A stretch of 64,000 nucleotides of DNA from assembly GCA_951406725.2 (NCBI GenBank), contig OX597822.1, positions 31,248,001-31,312,000 of the forward strand, given 5' to 3'. This stretch comes from Octopus vulgaris. Taxonomy: Eukaryota. Below are positions 43,511-57,124 of the stretch, piece by piece. The notes under the pieces were generated by a model. The model saw only the letters and a list, made by a program, of their open reading frames with translations. It was not told the DNA's origin and did no database searches. Numbering within the stretch: position 1 is the stretch's first letter; each line of letters begins with the position of its first letter. A program made the translations under genes and the position numbers.

Positions 43511-44281
43511 ATAAAATGATGGGCTATGGAACATATATACCATGCTCACAATAACCACAAATCACGGATAGTTACTATAGATAAACTGTTGAACAAAACC
43601 TACAAACCGGAAGTAATAAGTATGGCATGTCTAAATATCCTGGAGACGCATTTCCTGGTATTATTGTCTGTATTAAATATTTGAGTAAATAACCAGATTT
43701 GCAAAGAATGCACAGGTATGGAAAATAGAACTGGCCGTATCATCTGTCTTATTTAATGATTGATATAAATTCATATATGTAGCATTGCTGTTCTAAAATT
43801 AAGTAATTTTTCTATGATTAATATCAAAATAGAGACGAAAATAATGAGCAAAATCCCTACATTTCTCCTACACACTGAATAAAATAATGTATGTGTAATT
43901 TCAGATATATTTTATGAAGAATTCATTACTTTAAGATGTATCTGTTCCTGCGATAAAGTTGAGATTATATATCTTGGTAAGTATCCCATATTTTCTAATT
44001 TTAAAGAACTCATTTTGTTTCAGGGTTTGAATGAATATTTTTCTAAACTTTTATTCCTTTGCAGTTGTCACAAATTGAAATCTGGTATGAAATTTCTTTA
44101 TCCTTTACATAATTTGTAGACTTGAAAATACAAAAGATATATAGCAAGATTTGAATTCATAGCATGAAACACAGAATGAAACAACTTTGTAGGTTTTGTT
44201 CAACAGTTTATCTATAGTAACTATCCGTGATTCGTGGTTATTGTGAGCATGGTATATATGTTCCATAGCCCATCATTTTAT
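43511..44281. mobile_element. Element bounded by ~96-bp inverted repeats (MITE/fold-back-like)
   Basis: 43511-43606 is the reverse complement of 44186-44281 (one mismatch seen); no clear TSD. Confidence 0.7.
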
Positions 44282-46523
44282 TTCACAATGTTTGGACTAC
44301 ATTTTAGGATTTGCAGCTATTTAGCGATAGAAATATAAAACAAAGGTCTTTGGTGAAAATATAATGTTACTACAAACAATGTATTTAACTATATTTTAAA
44401 AGCCTGGATAGTTACAACAGAATCGCCTTCATAGTATAATGCCATAATTTATAAATCTGTTCAAACACCACCACCGTGGGCCTTCACAACAACTGAAGAT
44501 GAACAGCTCAATATATATTTCTAGTAGAGTATATTTGTGGAAGACTATTATTAAAAAAAAAACAGCCGTCATATACCGAAAGCGAGAAATGGGATATGTG
44601 CCTTAGCTCGGTAAATCTAAAACTGCCAACTTATACGCAACAATTTTATGCTAAAACATGTTAGTGGAAAATTTATTATTTTGTTATTTAGACAAATAAC
44701 AGAACCTCGTCATAAACTGCATTGGTATACGTTGTATTATTTATGCCGTTTTTGCAATCCACCAACTTCATCATTCACCATATTCCACAAGAGTAATGGT
44801 AGCATATTGATGTGAAATTCCATTAAGAAAGTATGAGCAATAGCTCGTAATTTTAGTTTAAAATAAAATCGCTATATATGAAAAAACATTAAAGAATCAC
44901 ATTGAATTTTTTGTCCTCTTTTTAATGTTTGTCTTTCAAAAGTTTATTTCATTCTTTTACGATTTGGTTGATATACTCTTAGTTAAATTATTTCATTATA
45001 TCAATCGGTAATGGATTAAATAAATAAAAGTAATGTTTATTGTTTCAATTGAATAATATCAATCATCTACAAGGTTTGACCTTTGTCTAATCGACAGCAA
45101 TAGCGATTTTATGAGAGGATAAGCTTTTGGTTTTGGCCCAATACCTCTATAAATAAATCTATCTTTGAAACAAAAGACAAATGTTATTTTAACAAATTAA
45201 TGAAATGAATTTCACTACCTAACTACCTTTATATTTTATTTTAAAATTTATTCCGTTGTTTCTTTCATACAATCTGTTATTTTTTTTGTTTCATTAATTT
45301 TCTTAATGTATTCCGTTCCATTGACAGGTCGTTTCTTTAATGGCAACAATATTCTAACACACACACACGCACACGCGCACACACACACGCACACACACAC
45401 ACACACACACAATTCCGAATTGATAATAACATTTCGAATTAAAGCAACCGAATAATTGATTTGTCTTTTATAGTCATTTTCATAGAAAATAAATTGTTTG
45501 AATTGATGTAAATGTAATACTTGCCTTCGCACACAGTAATAAATTGTTTTTAGATGTCTGTAATCGAAAGAAATCGTGTTATTGATTCCTTATTCTTCTT
45601 CACATCGAAAACAATTTCTTCCTGATTGCACTGGAATTCCATGTACTTACCACGTACCCCAGAGCCCATGCAGCGACTCATTGAGTTATCGCTGTATAAT
45701 ACTTAAGATATTAAGAAACAAGATACGACTAATATCAGAATTAACTGAAATTGTTTCAACTGCGAACAGAAAAAGCACAATAGATTTCACTCTTTATACA
45801 TATCATCTAGCCTGGGCCTTGAAATTGTATACTTCCAGATAAGCGTCGACTTTTATTCCTCGGAATCAAGGAAGCGTTACGCCCAATCAAGACCGTGTTG
45901 TTCCAAATATTTAATACAATGCAGGTGCCATGTTGTAGTACTATCGGCAGAAAGAAACTACAGAAATGGTTTTACATTCCGTTTTAACTACTGAGATCAA
46001 GTGTATCTTTGAACTAAGATAAATCAACAGGAATCTAATCTTCAGCTTATCCTACATCTTCAGATCCACGTCTTTAATGCAACTCAATTGATAATCTGGT
46101 TTTAATAAGGATTATGCTTGACACGGAATAAAACAAACTACCTTGATTCCATAACGAACAGAAGAAACGTGAAAAAGTGAACATCTTTATTCGATTAAAA
46201 TTGGATTACGCAATTGCTGGATGTTAGAGCTCACCAGCAATATATGAAGTTTATTTTATGATACAATGTTTATTTGTTCTTTGCGCAAAAGAATAGTTAG
46301 AGTTAACACTCTCAAATTACGCAACACTCGTTAGATTTATTTCTGTTGCATCTGACATTGCTACTACCACCATTACTGCCTCTAGTGTTGTTTATGCCCC
46401 GTCTAACGTCTCACTATAGAAAAGGGAACAGGGTTGTTGAAGACAGGATGTATATTTTATTAAAGAAGAAAACACTGCTGTAAACATACTTTATCAATTT
46501 CAATATACCAGAAGGTGAGAGAA

Positions 46524-46733
46524 GGAGGCGAGCTGGCAGTATGGTTAGCACACCGGGCTAAATATTTTGCAGAATTTCGTCCGTTTTCACATTCGGATTT
46601 CAAATTCTGCCGAGGTCATCTTAGCCTTTCTCCTTGCGGGTCGATAAAATAAGAATCATTTGAGCACTGGAGACAATTTAATTGCCCTTTCCGACCAAAG
46701 AAATGCTGGCCTTATACTAAAATGTGAAACCAA
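46524..46733 (+). mobile_element. SINE family C
   Basis: GGAGGCGAGCTGGCAG..GTTAGCACACCGGGC..GCCGAGGTC..GCCTTTC. Confidence 0.75.
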
Positions 46734-47288
46734 TATACTTGAAAGTGGACAATTATCCAAAGACCTATAAAGTTTTTACTATCATTGATATGTTTGAACC
46801 GCTTTTTGCTTCGAAAAATTTTGTGCTTAAAAGTTATGTAGGTGAAAAGTTCACTTTGCAATGATATGCTCTCAGGTTCAATCCCACCGTATGGTAGCTC
46901 CTAAAGATGTCTTTAATATGGAGATGACAGTTGTATTGTATTTGGAATTGGGTAGATCAGAACTGTGAAAAAGAACATAAAAACACTTAAGATACACCCA
47001 ATACTCTACATTTGATTAGAACACGCAATGCCCAAAACACCGAGTTATACATTATCCACATCCCACAACTGAGAAGAGACCCAAATATAAAACAAGCACA
47101 GGAAATGCGCAAAATAATTAAAAGTAAAAGTCAGTCTGAGTGTCTCTCCTTCTGTCAGTCTGTCTGCCTATCCGTCTTTCTGTCTACCTGTCTGTCCGAC
47201 TGTCAATGTGTCCGTCTGTCCATCTCTCTCACTACATGTCTGTCTCTCTCTCTCTATCTGGCTATCTGTCTATCTGCCTGCCTGCCTG

Positions 47289-47377
<89 letters not shown>

Positions 47378-47437
47378 TTATCTATCTATCTATCTGGCAC
47401 CCAAGTAACTGGAAAATGTCTGTCGTATATATATGTA

Positions 47438-47942
47438 CGAGCAAAACGCAGCCCGTCCAATGGACGGTGCTGTGTTGTTAAACATTTAAACCAATTTTTC
47501 TCAAAACAACTTGCCCGACCGTCCCATAGGCCTTTGAGAAACACAGATTTAGACGCTTTTTCTATTCCAAAGAAACACCATTTTATTCGCACAAATATGC
47601 AACCGAACAGTTTAAAGTATCAGTAATGATAAGGCTGTTGACTGGGAGAACACAAACATGGTTTAAACAGTAAGCTTGGCAGGAAAGAAACGTGCCTTTA
47701 AGCAGTACAAAGACAACAAAAAAATGGGAGGTGCAGTTACGTACAGGTTAACGGAAGAACAGCAGGACAAAAACGGCTTTATCGATCGCATTCTCGTCTG
47801 GAATCGATTTTTGTAATTTTTTCAAAACTTATACATGCCGTCAGTATCTATATATGAAATCTGAGCGCAATCGGATGGAGGATGCCCGAGATCGTAGAAG
47901 ACACACACACAGAGGCAAACACAACAGATTTTATATAATAGA
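47438..47942 (-). mobile_element. Non-autonomous Helitron-like element
   Basis: Minus 5' A|TCTATTATATAAAATC; 3' hairpin CCGTCCATTGGACGG then CTCG|T (decayed CTAG). Confidence 0.6.
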
Positions 47943-47983
<41 letters not shown>

Positions 47984-48009
47984 GACAGTGAATGTGTGTG
48001 TGTGTGTGT

Positions 48010-48195
48010 GTTTGTCTGACAACCGGTGCTAGTGTGTTTATGTTTCAGTAACTTACAGATTCAGCTAAAGAGACCGTTAGAATGAGTGTCAGACTTAACA
48101 AGATGAGGGCCGTTCGTTCGACTAAAAATTCTCCAAGGTGTTGCTCCAGCATGGCTGCAGTCTAATGAATGACACAAGTACAATATAAAAAGTAA
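48010..48195 (+). mobile_element. SINE family A tail
   Basis: TGACAACCGGTGCTAGTGTGTTTA..GCTCCAGCATGGCTGCAGTC. Confidence 0.7.
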
Positions 48196-48346
48196 AATAT
48201 ATATACAGAGATATGAATTTACATACACAGTCATGGATATATACAATCATATTCATATAAATATCATATCAATGATATTCATGTCATTGTATGTAGGGTG
48301 TATTCGAGACCCTCTGTTCCAAAACAATATATACCTATATGTCCAT

Positions 48347-48401
<55 letters not shown>

Positions 48402-48580
48402 ATATATATATAGGGAAAGTTTACGAAAAATACGGTGACAGGTGGTATTAGTATAACTCTCAGGAATAGAGAAGTCTTTTACGTTTCGAGTCTACGCTCT
48501 GCTACAGAAAGGGACACAGAAAAAACAAGGAGAGAAAAAGGAGAAAAAAATGGGGAGGAAAAAGGAGAGAAAAAAGGAAA

Positions 48581-48645
<65 letters not shown>

Positions 48646-49577
48646 CATACATACATACATACATACTTGCATAGATATATATATGTGTATGTATGTGAAT
48701 CGGCACCAGAATCTACGTTAGTATGTGCACCGGTGTAGCTGTATTTGTTATCTCTACATGTATGGACTACTAATATGTAAGTAGTCTTCCTAAAAATGAA
48801 ATATATATTTTAATTGCAAACGCCAAAACAAATTTCGATTTACAGAATTGCCTTCAATGATTTTATTCTTTAATTGTACATAGTAATTCAATCTTAAATA
48901 TCTCCTCGGGTGTGTTGATATGTTCTTGTTTTATTATTATCTTTCCATATTCAATTTTTTTTGTTCGTACTAGTGCTGAATGTCTGTTTTAAATTGATAT
49001 ACTTGTACTGAGAGTTCTTACGAAAAATCTGAGGAATCAATGAAGAAGTTAATTATTTTTCTCTTCATCAATATAACTACCGGCAGTATCGGTAGTATCA
49101 AAATGATGTTCGCCATTACAGCTATGGTAATTTTTATTTGTATCTGACGATATTGTGTTCTGTAGTGTTTTGATCGCTGTGGTTAATATACCAATGCACC
49201 AAATTGAATGAAAATTTAATTGTACGTTTCCTATTCTCATTATAAGAATCAGAAAATAGAATATCTGACCTACTAAAATAACAATTGCAAAGTTCAGATC
49301 TACTCACGCACAGTAATTTTTAAAACTTACAGTATTTTGATTAACCGGTTTTAGCGAAGATGGCAATTTTGTTTGTTGATCTAAATTTTATACACCGTAA
49401 AGGAAATTCTTTTCATTTCATGTAATAGATTATATCAATCGACTAAAATTTATAACTTACTATACGTGAGGAGCATAAGGGTTTGTAGTACTGAACGCTT
49501 TGGCTTTGGTCATGAATTCCAGCAATATAGCTGACTAGATAATACTGCTTAGTAAATACAAACCCATTAGGTAACTC

Positions 49578-49621
<44 letters not shown>

Positions 49622-50030
49622 ATATCTCTCTCTCTCACCCTCTCCCTTTATATATATATAATGGAGAAGTAAATGGTATGCTTATCCATTTTATACAGCG
49701 CAAATAATTAGCGCTAGGAGGTACTCTTAAAGTCAAAACTACTAAAATAAATAAACAAATCGTACCGAATGCAACTCTCGAAGCAAGTCATTTCAAAACA
49801 GAATTTAGCTGCAGATCACTTTGATTTCATAATCCGTGAAGTGGTGCACTCTTTATTCATCAGTACAAGCATAATTCAAGATTTATAATGAACGAACAAA
49901 ATCAACATACCAGACGAACAACCAACGTATCCAACGTAGTATATAGAAATGTTCACCCCTTATACATCTATGTAAATGGTGGCCTTTTTCGAATCTCTCT
50001 CTCTTTCACTCTCTCTCTTTCTCTCTCTCT

Positions 50031-50074
<44 letters not shown>

Positions 50075-50329
50075 TAGAAGTCGCCACAATTACACACCAT
50101 AGTCTTCGTTTCTAATGTTTATTCCCTTAAACTCCCACCTTTGCTTCTGGACACATGTTGACTGTATCCGATGACGGGTACCATTGTCTAACGATGTGTT
50201 TGCTTCTTACAAAACATATGAAATGTTGAATCTGTAGTCTAACGTTATGACTTGCCGAATAGTGAAACATATGTAACAATTGGAGTAACGAAATATCAAG
50301 TTAAGAGCATGTTCTTTACTCTCTCTCCC

Positions 50330-50404
<75 letters not shown>

Positions 50405-50487
50405 TGTGTGTATGTGTGCGTGTGTGTGTGTGTGTGCGTATGTGTGTGTTTATCTCTGTGTGTGCGTGTGTGCGTGTGCGTGTGTGT

Positions 50488-50862
50488 GGAGGCTCAATGG
50501 CCCAGTGCTTTTGGCAGCGGACTCGCGGTCTTAGGATCGTAATTTCAATTCCCAGACTGAGCGTTGATTGAAAACACCTAAAGTCCCACGAGGCTCCGGC
50601 TGGAGGGGTGGGGTGGCGAACCCTGCAGTACACTTTCACCACAATTTTCTTTGACACTTTCTTCTTGTTTACGTTGTACCTGTATTACAAAAGGGCGAGT
50701 CTTGTCATAATCTGTGTCACTCTGTATCTTCCCGAGAACTACGTTAATGGTACACGTGTCTGTGGAGTACTCAGCCACTTGCTCGTTGATTTCACTAGCA
50801 GGCTGTTTTGTTGATCGGATCAACTGGAACTCTCATCGAGGTAACCGATGGTGTGCCACGAT
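50488..50862 (+). mobile_element. SINE family B
   Basis: Colinear with the reverse complement of 24420-24803. Confidence 0.88.
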
Positions 50863-51141
50863 ATATATATATATGTATATATGTATGTATGTATGTATAT
50901 ATGTATGTATGTATAGTCAATCCGAAGATATCAAGCCCTTAAAAAGAATTAAGTATTCTCAAAATTGCACAGGATAATCATACAAGGAGAAACTCTCAAC
51001 GATATGTTAGGGTTTACTATGGTAATACATATTATTAATAATGAAAGAAAGAAAATGGATATACATATAATTTATTTGCATGATAGATTATACATCAATA
51101 ATTCTCCATTGTTTCTCTCTTTTATATATATATATATATAT

Positions 51142-51258
51142 ATTATTGGTGAATTGAAGAAATGGAGCTGAACGCAGATTGAACAGAAATCGTTTTATAT
51201 AAAACGATTTCTGTTCAATCTGCGTTCAGCTCCATTTCTTCAATTCACCAATAATATT
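51142..51258. repeat. Perfect palindrome (~58-bp arms) at the start of an insert flanked by (TA)n (51142-51405)
   Basis: TATTATTGGTGAATTG..ATCGTTTTAT|ATAAAACGAT..CAATTCACCAATAATA. Confidence 0.9.
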
Positions 51259-51404
51259 TTAATTTCAATTATCCGCACCAACGCACGGTTGCAACACCAT
51301 ATGGTTGTACCTCCAACCGTGCTGTTTACTGCTGTGATTTTTGCTACTAAGGTATCGGTTAAACTTTTGATTAATCTACTACAAGATTAATCATCTTTAT
51401 TCAC

Positions 51405-51465
<61 letters not shown>

Positions 51466-51467
<2 letters not shown>

Positions 51468-51661
51468 AGCACCACCAGCAAAAAAAAATTTTTTTCCTCT
51501 ATCTTCCCTTCTCGGGATCTTTCCTTCCCCTTTGTTTCCGACGAAGAGCTCCGCTCGAAACGTTTAACCCTCCTTCCCTTCTTTCCTGAGCGTCAAATAA
51601 TACTTTAATTGTTCCACGTTCTCGCGTTGCTGTTTTTTTCTGTGTTTTCTTGTTTGGATTA

Positions 51662-51666
<5 letters not shown>
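51466..51666 (+). mobile_element. ~190-bp dispersed repeat with a minimal HHR-like motif (51534-51568), ending at (TA)n
   Basis: GTTT-CCGACGA-AGAGCTCCGCTC-GAAA-CG-TT; near-copy at 61490-61687; relatives at ~3130-3300 and ~48410-48580 (minus). Confidence 0.7.
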
Positions 51667-51700
<34 letters not shown>

Positions 51701-51721
51701 AAGAGATATATATGTGTGTGT

Positions 51722-52407
51722 GTGTTGGACAAAATAATAGAAACACCTAGCATCATAGCATCAGAATTTTGAAATATCTATAAAATCTACAACAGCTTGT
51801 TTATATTTTATGTTTTTTTGATTTATTACTAGTGTTCCATAATATGTATTGCTAAAATTTTCAGATAGGGACCGTCGGACTGTTATGCGAATTGTTATAA
51901 AGGATCACAAAAGTACAGCTCCCAAGAATACTGGAGAGCTTAATGACCACGTCGGGAACCCAGTTTCTACAGAAACTGACCGCCAGGAACTGCACAAAGT
52001 CAGCTTTCGCGGGAGGGCTGCGATTAGTGAAAAAATACTTTCAAAAACAAACTTTGCAATGCGTTTAGAGTGGAGCGAAATCCTACAGAATTGGTCCCTA
52101 GAGCAGTGGAAGAGTGTTATTTTCTCGGACGAGTCATATGTTATCTTATTTCCGACCACCGGCCGAATATACGCGTAGAGACAGACACCCAGAAGTATCG
52201 ATTAACCCCGACTGTTAAACATGGAGGAGGATTTGCGATGATGTGAGGTGGGGATAAATCTTGGAAATCCGCCGGCCCAATGATTTCCCTTCTGGGCAGA
52301 ATTAATAGTGAAGGCTATTTAAGCATTTTATCTGATCAAATTCATCTTAAGTTTGGGGAAATGTTTCCGGAAGGAAACGCAATCTTTCAGGAGGAAAATG
52401 CGCCAAT
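51722..52407 (+). mobile_element. Second Tc1-like copy, internally deleted and 3'-truncated
   Basis: Left TIR remnant GTTGGACAAAATAATAGAAACACCTAG; skips ~9065-9300 of the first copy; WKSVIFSDES; ends near FQEENAP. Confidence 0.88.
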
Positions 52408-52503
52408 GATGTTTGCTGAATTTTCTTGAGAATAATTTTTCTTAGTAGTCAGGCTATTGGGGTCCACATCTAGCATATTGGATGTCCACTTAGTGGTCAT
52501 TCC

Positions 52504-52576
<73 letters not shown>

Positions 52577-52580
<4 letters not shown>

Positions 52581-52925
52581 GCAGCGTGGAAGGTGTTTGT
52601 AAGCCATTTTAGAAACACACAAAAGCCGTTCGATTCACTTCAACATTTAAGTTTAATTTGTCAAAATATTTTCGTCGCAAAAATCCGCGACCTGTTCACT
52701 GACAAGAATCCGTGCTGCATCGAGGTAACCGATGGTGTGCCACGATGCAGCACGGATTTTTGTCAGTGAACAGGTCGCGGATCTTAGAGACGAAAATATT
52801 TTGACAAATTAAACTTAAATGTTGAAGTGAATCGAACGGCTTTTGTGTGTTTCTTAAATGGCTTACAAACACCTTCCACGCTGCAATTGTTTTCGTTTCA
52901 GCACACGATCTCAGATCAAATCACT
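52577..52925. mobile_element. Fold-back insert (arms 52577-52722 and 52743-52888) with G3-C8 HHR motifs, flanked by (TA)n
   Basis: Inverted arms seen directly. Confidence 0.82.
52759..52808 (+). ncRNA. Type I hammerhead, G3-C8 variant (mirror copy at 52657-52705, minus)
   Basis: TTTGTCA-GTGAACA-GGTC..GAC-GAAA-ATAT-TT-TGACAAA. Confidence 0.68.
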
Positions 52926-52946
52926 TGCTATGCGAGTACATCTCCG

Positions 52947-53006
<60 letters not shown>

Positions 53007-53691
53007 TGTTGACACTATCGTCCGGATTGAATCGTACTGCCCAGGTGTCGAAACCACAATGACATCCGTAGAGCAGCTGCTGACGGAGGTAAGTTGGATT
53101 GATGGTATGGCTGCTTTTGTATATGCGGAATGGTATTGTAACTCATCCTTTTGATATATATATATATATATATATATGTACTTGCATGCCTTCATATACA
53201 CACACATGCACACATGTGTATATCGATAGGGTAATACAAGTGGAGGGAGATGGGGAACATGCAACATTCCAAGTCAATTTAATCTTATCACACAAGCTGT
53301 TCACACTAATTTCATACAGGAAGAAGTTTCTTCGTCAATCCGAACGCAGTGTAAATTAAAAAAATATAACAAGAGTAATTATTTTCTACATGCGATAATT
53401 TACTTTACACTTTGGACTACCTAACTAGGTCCCTATATTTATATTGATTTTCATGTGAAGGAGATAATGTAGGAAATAATATGTAATAACTCAATGAGAA
53501 CTAATATTTTTATTACTGAAAGTTATTATGCTACCGACAATTGAGTTTACATATGCCTACTATATAAAGCTATAACCATCTCTACAAAAATGTAATTTAA
53601 GTATGCATTTTCAGCTTCATTCTCGGATAATTAATTATTCACATATTTCATTGATCCACACTTGTAAATTTTCTATGCGCACTTGTTGATT

Positions 53692-54103
53692 TGAAATTTT
53701 ACCACAAGACCAGCAATTTCGGGGAGGAGGTAAGTCGATCGCATTAACACCCAGTATACAACTGGTACTTACTTTACCTAATCCTAAAAGGTGAAAGTCA
53801 ATGTCGACCTTAGCGGTGTGAGAACTCAGAACATTAATACGGTCGAAATGCTACTAAGCATTTTCCCACCATGCTAGAGATTGTTTCCTTCTCTAGGCAC
53901 AAGGCCCGAAATTTTGTGGGAGGGATCCAGTCGATTAGATCGATTAGATCGACCCCAGTACGCAGCTGGTACCTAATTTATTGCTCCCGAAAGGATGAAA
54001 GGCAAAGTCGACCTCGGCGGAGTTTGAACTCAGAACGTAAAGACAGATGAAATATCGCTAAGCCTTTGCCTGGCGTGCTAACTTTTCTGCCAGCTCGCCG
54101 CCT
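53692..54103 (-). mobile_element. Two adjacent SINE family C copies (53692-53875 older; 53882-54103 younger)
   Basis: Minus head GGCGGCGAGCTGGCAGAAAAGTTAGCACGCC..GTTCTGAGTTCAAACTCCGCCGAGGTCGACTTTGCCTTTCATCC. Confidence 0.82.
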
Positions 54104-54864
54104 TTCTATGAGTAATTGTTGAAAATCAAGTGCTCCATGAAAAGAAAAAATAGTATATTCATTTAATCAAATATGTCGTATGCAGAGCTATTTGAATCTT
54201 CCTGACGAACGCTATTTAGTTTATGAACCGATTTCATTCCTATTCATTCATCGAATATATGAATACAAACTTTATTTTTGCTAACAGCTTCTCTAAACTT
54301 TTATAGAATTCCTAGTCAACTCATTTTAAAAGACATTTCTTCATTTAAAAAAAAAATGTGTCATATTTGATAATAATTGATATAATAGTTTTCTATATGA
54401 ACTTAGAATTAATTTAGAGCCGTTACCATAGAATACTCATGCGACACAGATATGCTGATAAAACAAATATCGGATAGACTCTTGGTATTTGTCACCAACG
54501 TAATTCATGATTTTTTGAGGAATGTATCTGAAATATCTGATAACAACTCTTGGTGAGATTAGCGGAAATGTTTTCTTAAGCTGAAGGAGATAATTACGAG
54601 AGTTATCAGTGATTTTATTCATTCATCTGGCGTACAGTTCACTAATGAATAGAATAATCTTAGAATTCATAGTAAAATCACTATTCTGGAACTACACATT
54701 TACATTGCAACTGAATGAGGTGTATATCATTATAATAGAGCTTTGTGCACTTGCACAAATTACAAGAATTTAATTGAAGCAAAAAATAAATTTCATTAGT
54801 TTTTAGTAACATAGATTAATGGAAATCACTACAGCTCGAATGGACACTGCTAGGTCGTTCAGAG

Positions 54865-55161
54865 AATGAAAAATGATGTTAAACCTAAAGCAGCTGCTGT
54901 AGTTGAAACGAATTCATCTGACGGTGAAAAGTTACTGCGGATTTTCGAAACCTTAATATCATATTTTAACCTTTTGAACCCGTCAGGACGGTTTTCCGGC
55001 CTGAATGTGTAGTATATATACTCAGGCCGGAAAACCGTCCTGACGGGTTCAAAAGGTTAGAATATGACATTAAGGTTTAGAAACTCCACAGTAACTTTTT
55101 ATCGTCAGATGAATTCGTTTCAAATACTGCAGCTGTTTATTGTTTAACATCATTTTTCATT
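54865..55161. repeat. Inverted repeat (~140-bp arms), probably piggyBac-related termini
   Basis: Inner ~36 bp perfect, outer ~100 bp diverged; lies just upstream of the piggyBac transposase remnant. Confidence 0.75.
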
Positions 55162-55316
55162 GTATATACCTATAAGGCCGTTAACAACTTAACCAATAAA
55201 AGGCCACTTTACATCGCAGTTTAGGCTTCTATTCACGGTCGAGCTTCCGAGAGGAAGCTTTGATAAATTTCTAATCTTAGAAATTGCAGATTTTTTAGTG
55301 TCTTTTTGCTATAAAA

Positions 55317-56035
55317 ATGAGTCGTAAGAAAGTGACAACCGAACAGTCATTACGAATGATAACGTCGGTTTCTGATGAGAATGAAGAGTATGATTATGAA
55401 AATAATAATGATTTTAAAAGCGAAGAGGGTGAAGATGATGTTGTCAACAAATAATAATAACATGAGTGCAAACGAAGGTGAAAATGAAAATGATAGTGAC
55501 TCTACTGGCAGACACGCCCAGGTGGTGGCCATAGTCGCGGTACAGGACGTGGTCACGTTGTGCAACGGATTTCTCAGCTACTATCTGACACTAGAGGGTA
55601 CACTGAAAAGCAAATCAATCCTAAATAAACTCCTGACCCTCAAAATATTCAATCAATAATGAGAGCAGCCTTACTGACTTTTTCACTTTAATCTGAGATG
55701 ATGATTTGTGGCAGCTCTTTGTCGATGAAACTAATAGGCATGCAGAACACATCAGAGAAGCAAAAACCTAAATGCAAGTTCCTTTAGTTCTCGGACCTTG
55801 ACAATATAAGAGATAAAAAAACGTTTTTGGAGTTCAAGTAGCGATGGAAATGCTTAATGACAGGGACCAATATCAAATATATTGGCGAGATAAGGAAAAT
55901 GTCTTGACTCTTATACCTTGATTTGCACAAGTTTTTACAAGACAAATTTTTAGCAATATGATCTATGCTACATAGTGTAAATGAACGAGACCCAGAACTA
56001 GGCAAATCTGACAAGAAAATTGTAAAAACTTTGAA
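55317..56035 (+). pseudogene. piggyBac (PGBD-like) transposase N-terminal remnant
   Basis: Acidic N-terminus MSRKKVTTEQSLRMI..DENEEYD; FTLI*DDDLWQLFVDETNRHA; EIKNVFGVQVAM..YQIYW; FLAI*SMLH..DPELGKSDK. Confidence 0.82.
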
Positions 56036-56954
56036 GAATGTAACACATTTTCAACTACTACCGGATAGTGAGGGACGAAAAAACTTTTCAACTGCATGTA
56101 TTTTAATATATTTAATCGAAACATGTCTTATAAAAACACTCCCTTTTAAAATATGAAGATTCTTCTACAGAAACAATTTTTATTCTTACAACGAAACAGC
56201 CATTTCAAACGTAAACTAGGAGAGAAATGCTTTACAGACAGAATTAAAGTTACTTCCTCTAACTTTGAATCCCTTCGACTCCAATTATAATTTTATCTGA
56301 TATTAATTTAGTCGACAATGTAAGTTGTTGGAGTCTCTTTTCTCACTTAAGCTTAATCCTAATCAGAGCTAGTAATTTCACGTGGTTATGTCTTGTGACT
56401 TATCCATGATTCTGTGATCACGCACGAAAATCTGTTTAATAATTGATAAAGTAAGAAATATAAACCTGTAGGTGTCACTCTCTATTATCCTCCAGTGCGG
56501 GGAAAGCTTGACAAATATCTGGGCACTACGTAGACTCAGTTGGGCTCATGCAACTGATTTGTGATATAATCCCATACAAGCTGCATTCATTCTCTTGGTG
56601 TGGTATGAAGAAAATGAAAATATATGGTCACTACTTTTCAATGAACCTCATCCGGATCTGACCACATTCATTGACATCTTCAACACAATTAGAGCAATTA
56701 TAAATGATTTTCTTTTTTAAGAAAGAAACAGATGGAAGACAATAGAATTTTGGTTTCTCTTGTTCAATTGAACTGATTTGTTGCAGCTACGACTAAACGC
56801 GAGACAGTTCATTATGTACAGAAAATTAGTATGTCTTTGTGTATATCAGCAAGAGTACGTGTAGGTATATATGATTATGTGTATATATGTACGTAGGCAT
56901 ATATGTATGTGTATGCGTGTGTGCATGTATGTGTACATACATACATATATATAC

Positions 56955-57056
<102 letters not shown>

Positions 57057-57124
57057 ATACACCTACACGGTGCGATGGGTAAATTATCGCAATTTCATAT
57101 ATTTAATTTCGCATAGTATTGCAC

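Noticed and set aside
50160-50282. Possible HHR (CCGATGA..GAAA-CATATG-TA)
   Set aside because: Stems I and II do not pair convincingly
56560-56720. MULE transposase C-terminal-like peptide FNEPHPDLTTFIDIF
   Set aside because: Too short to support without a profile search
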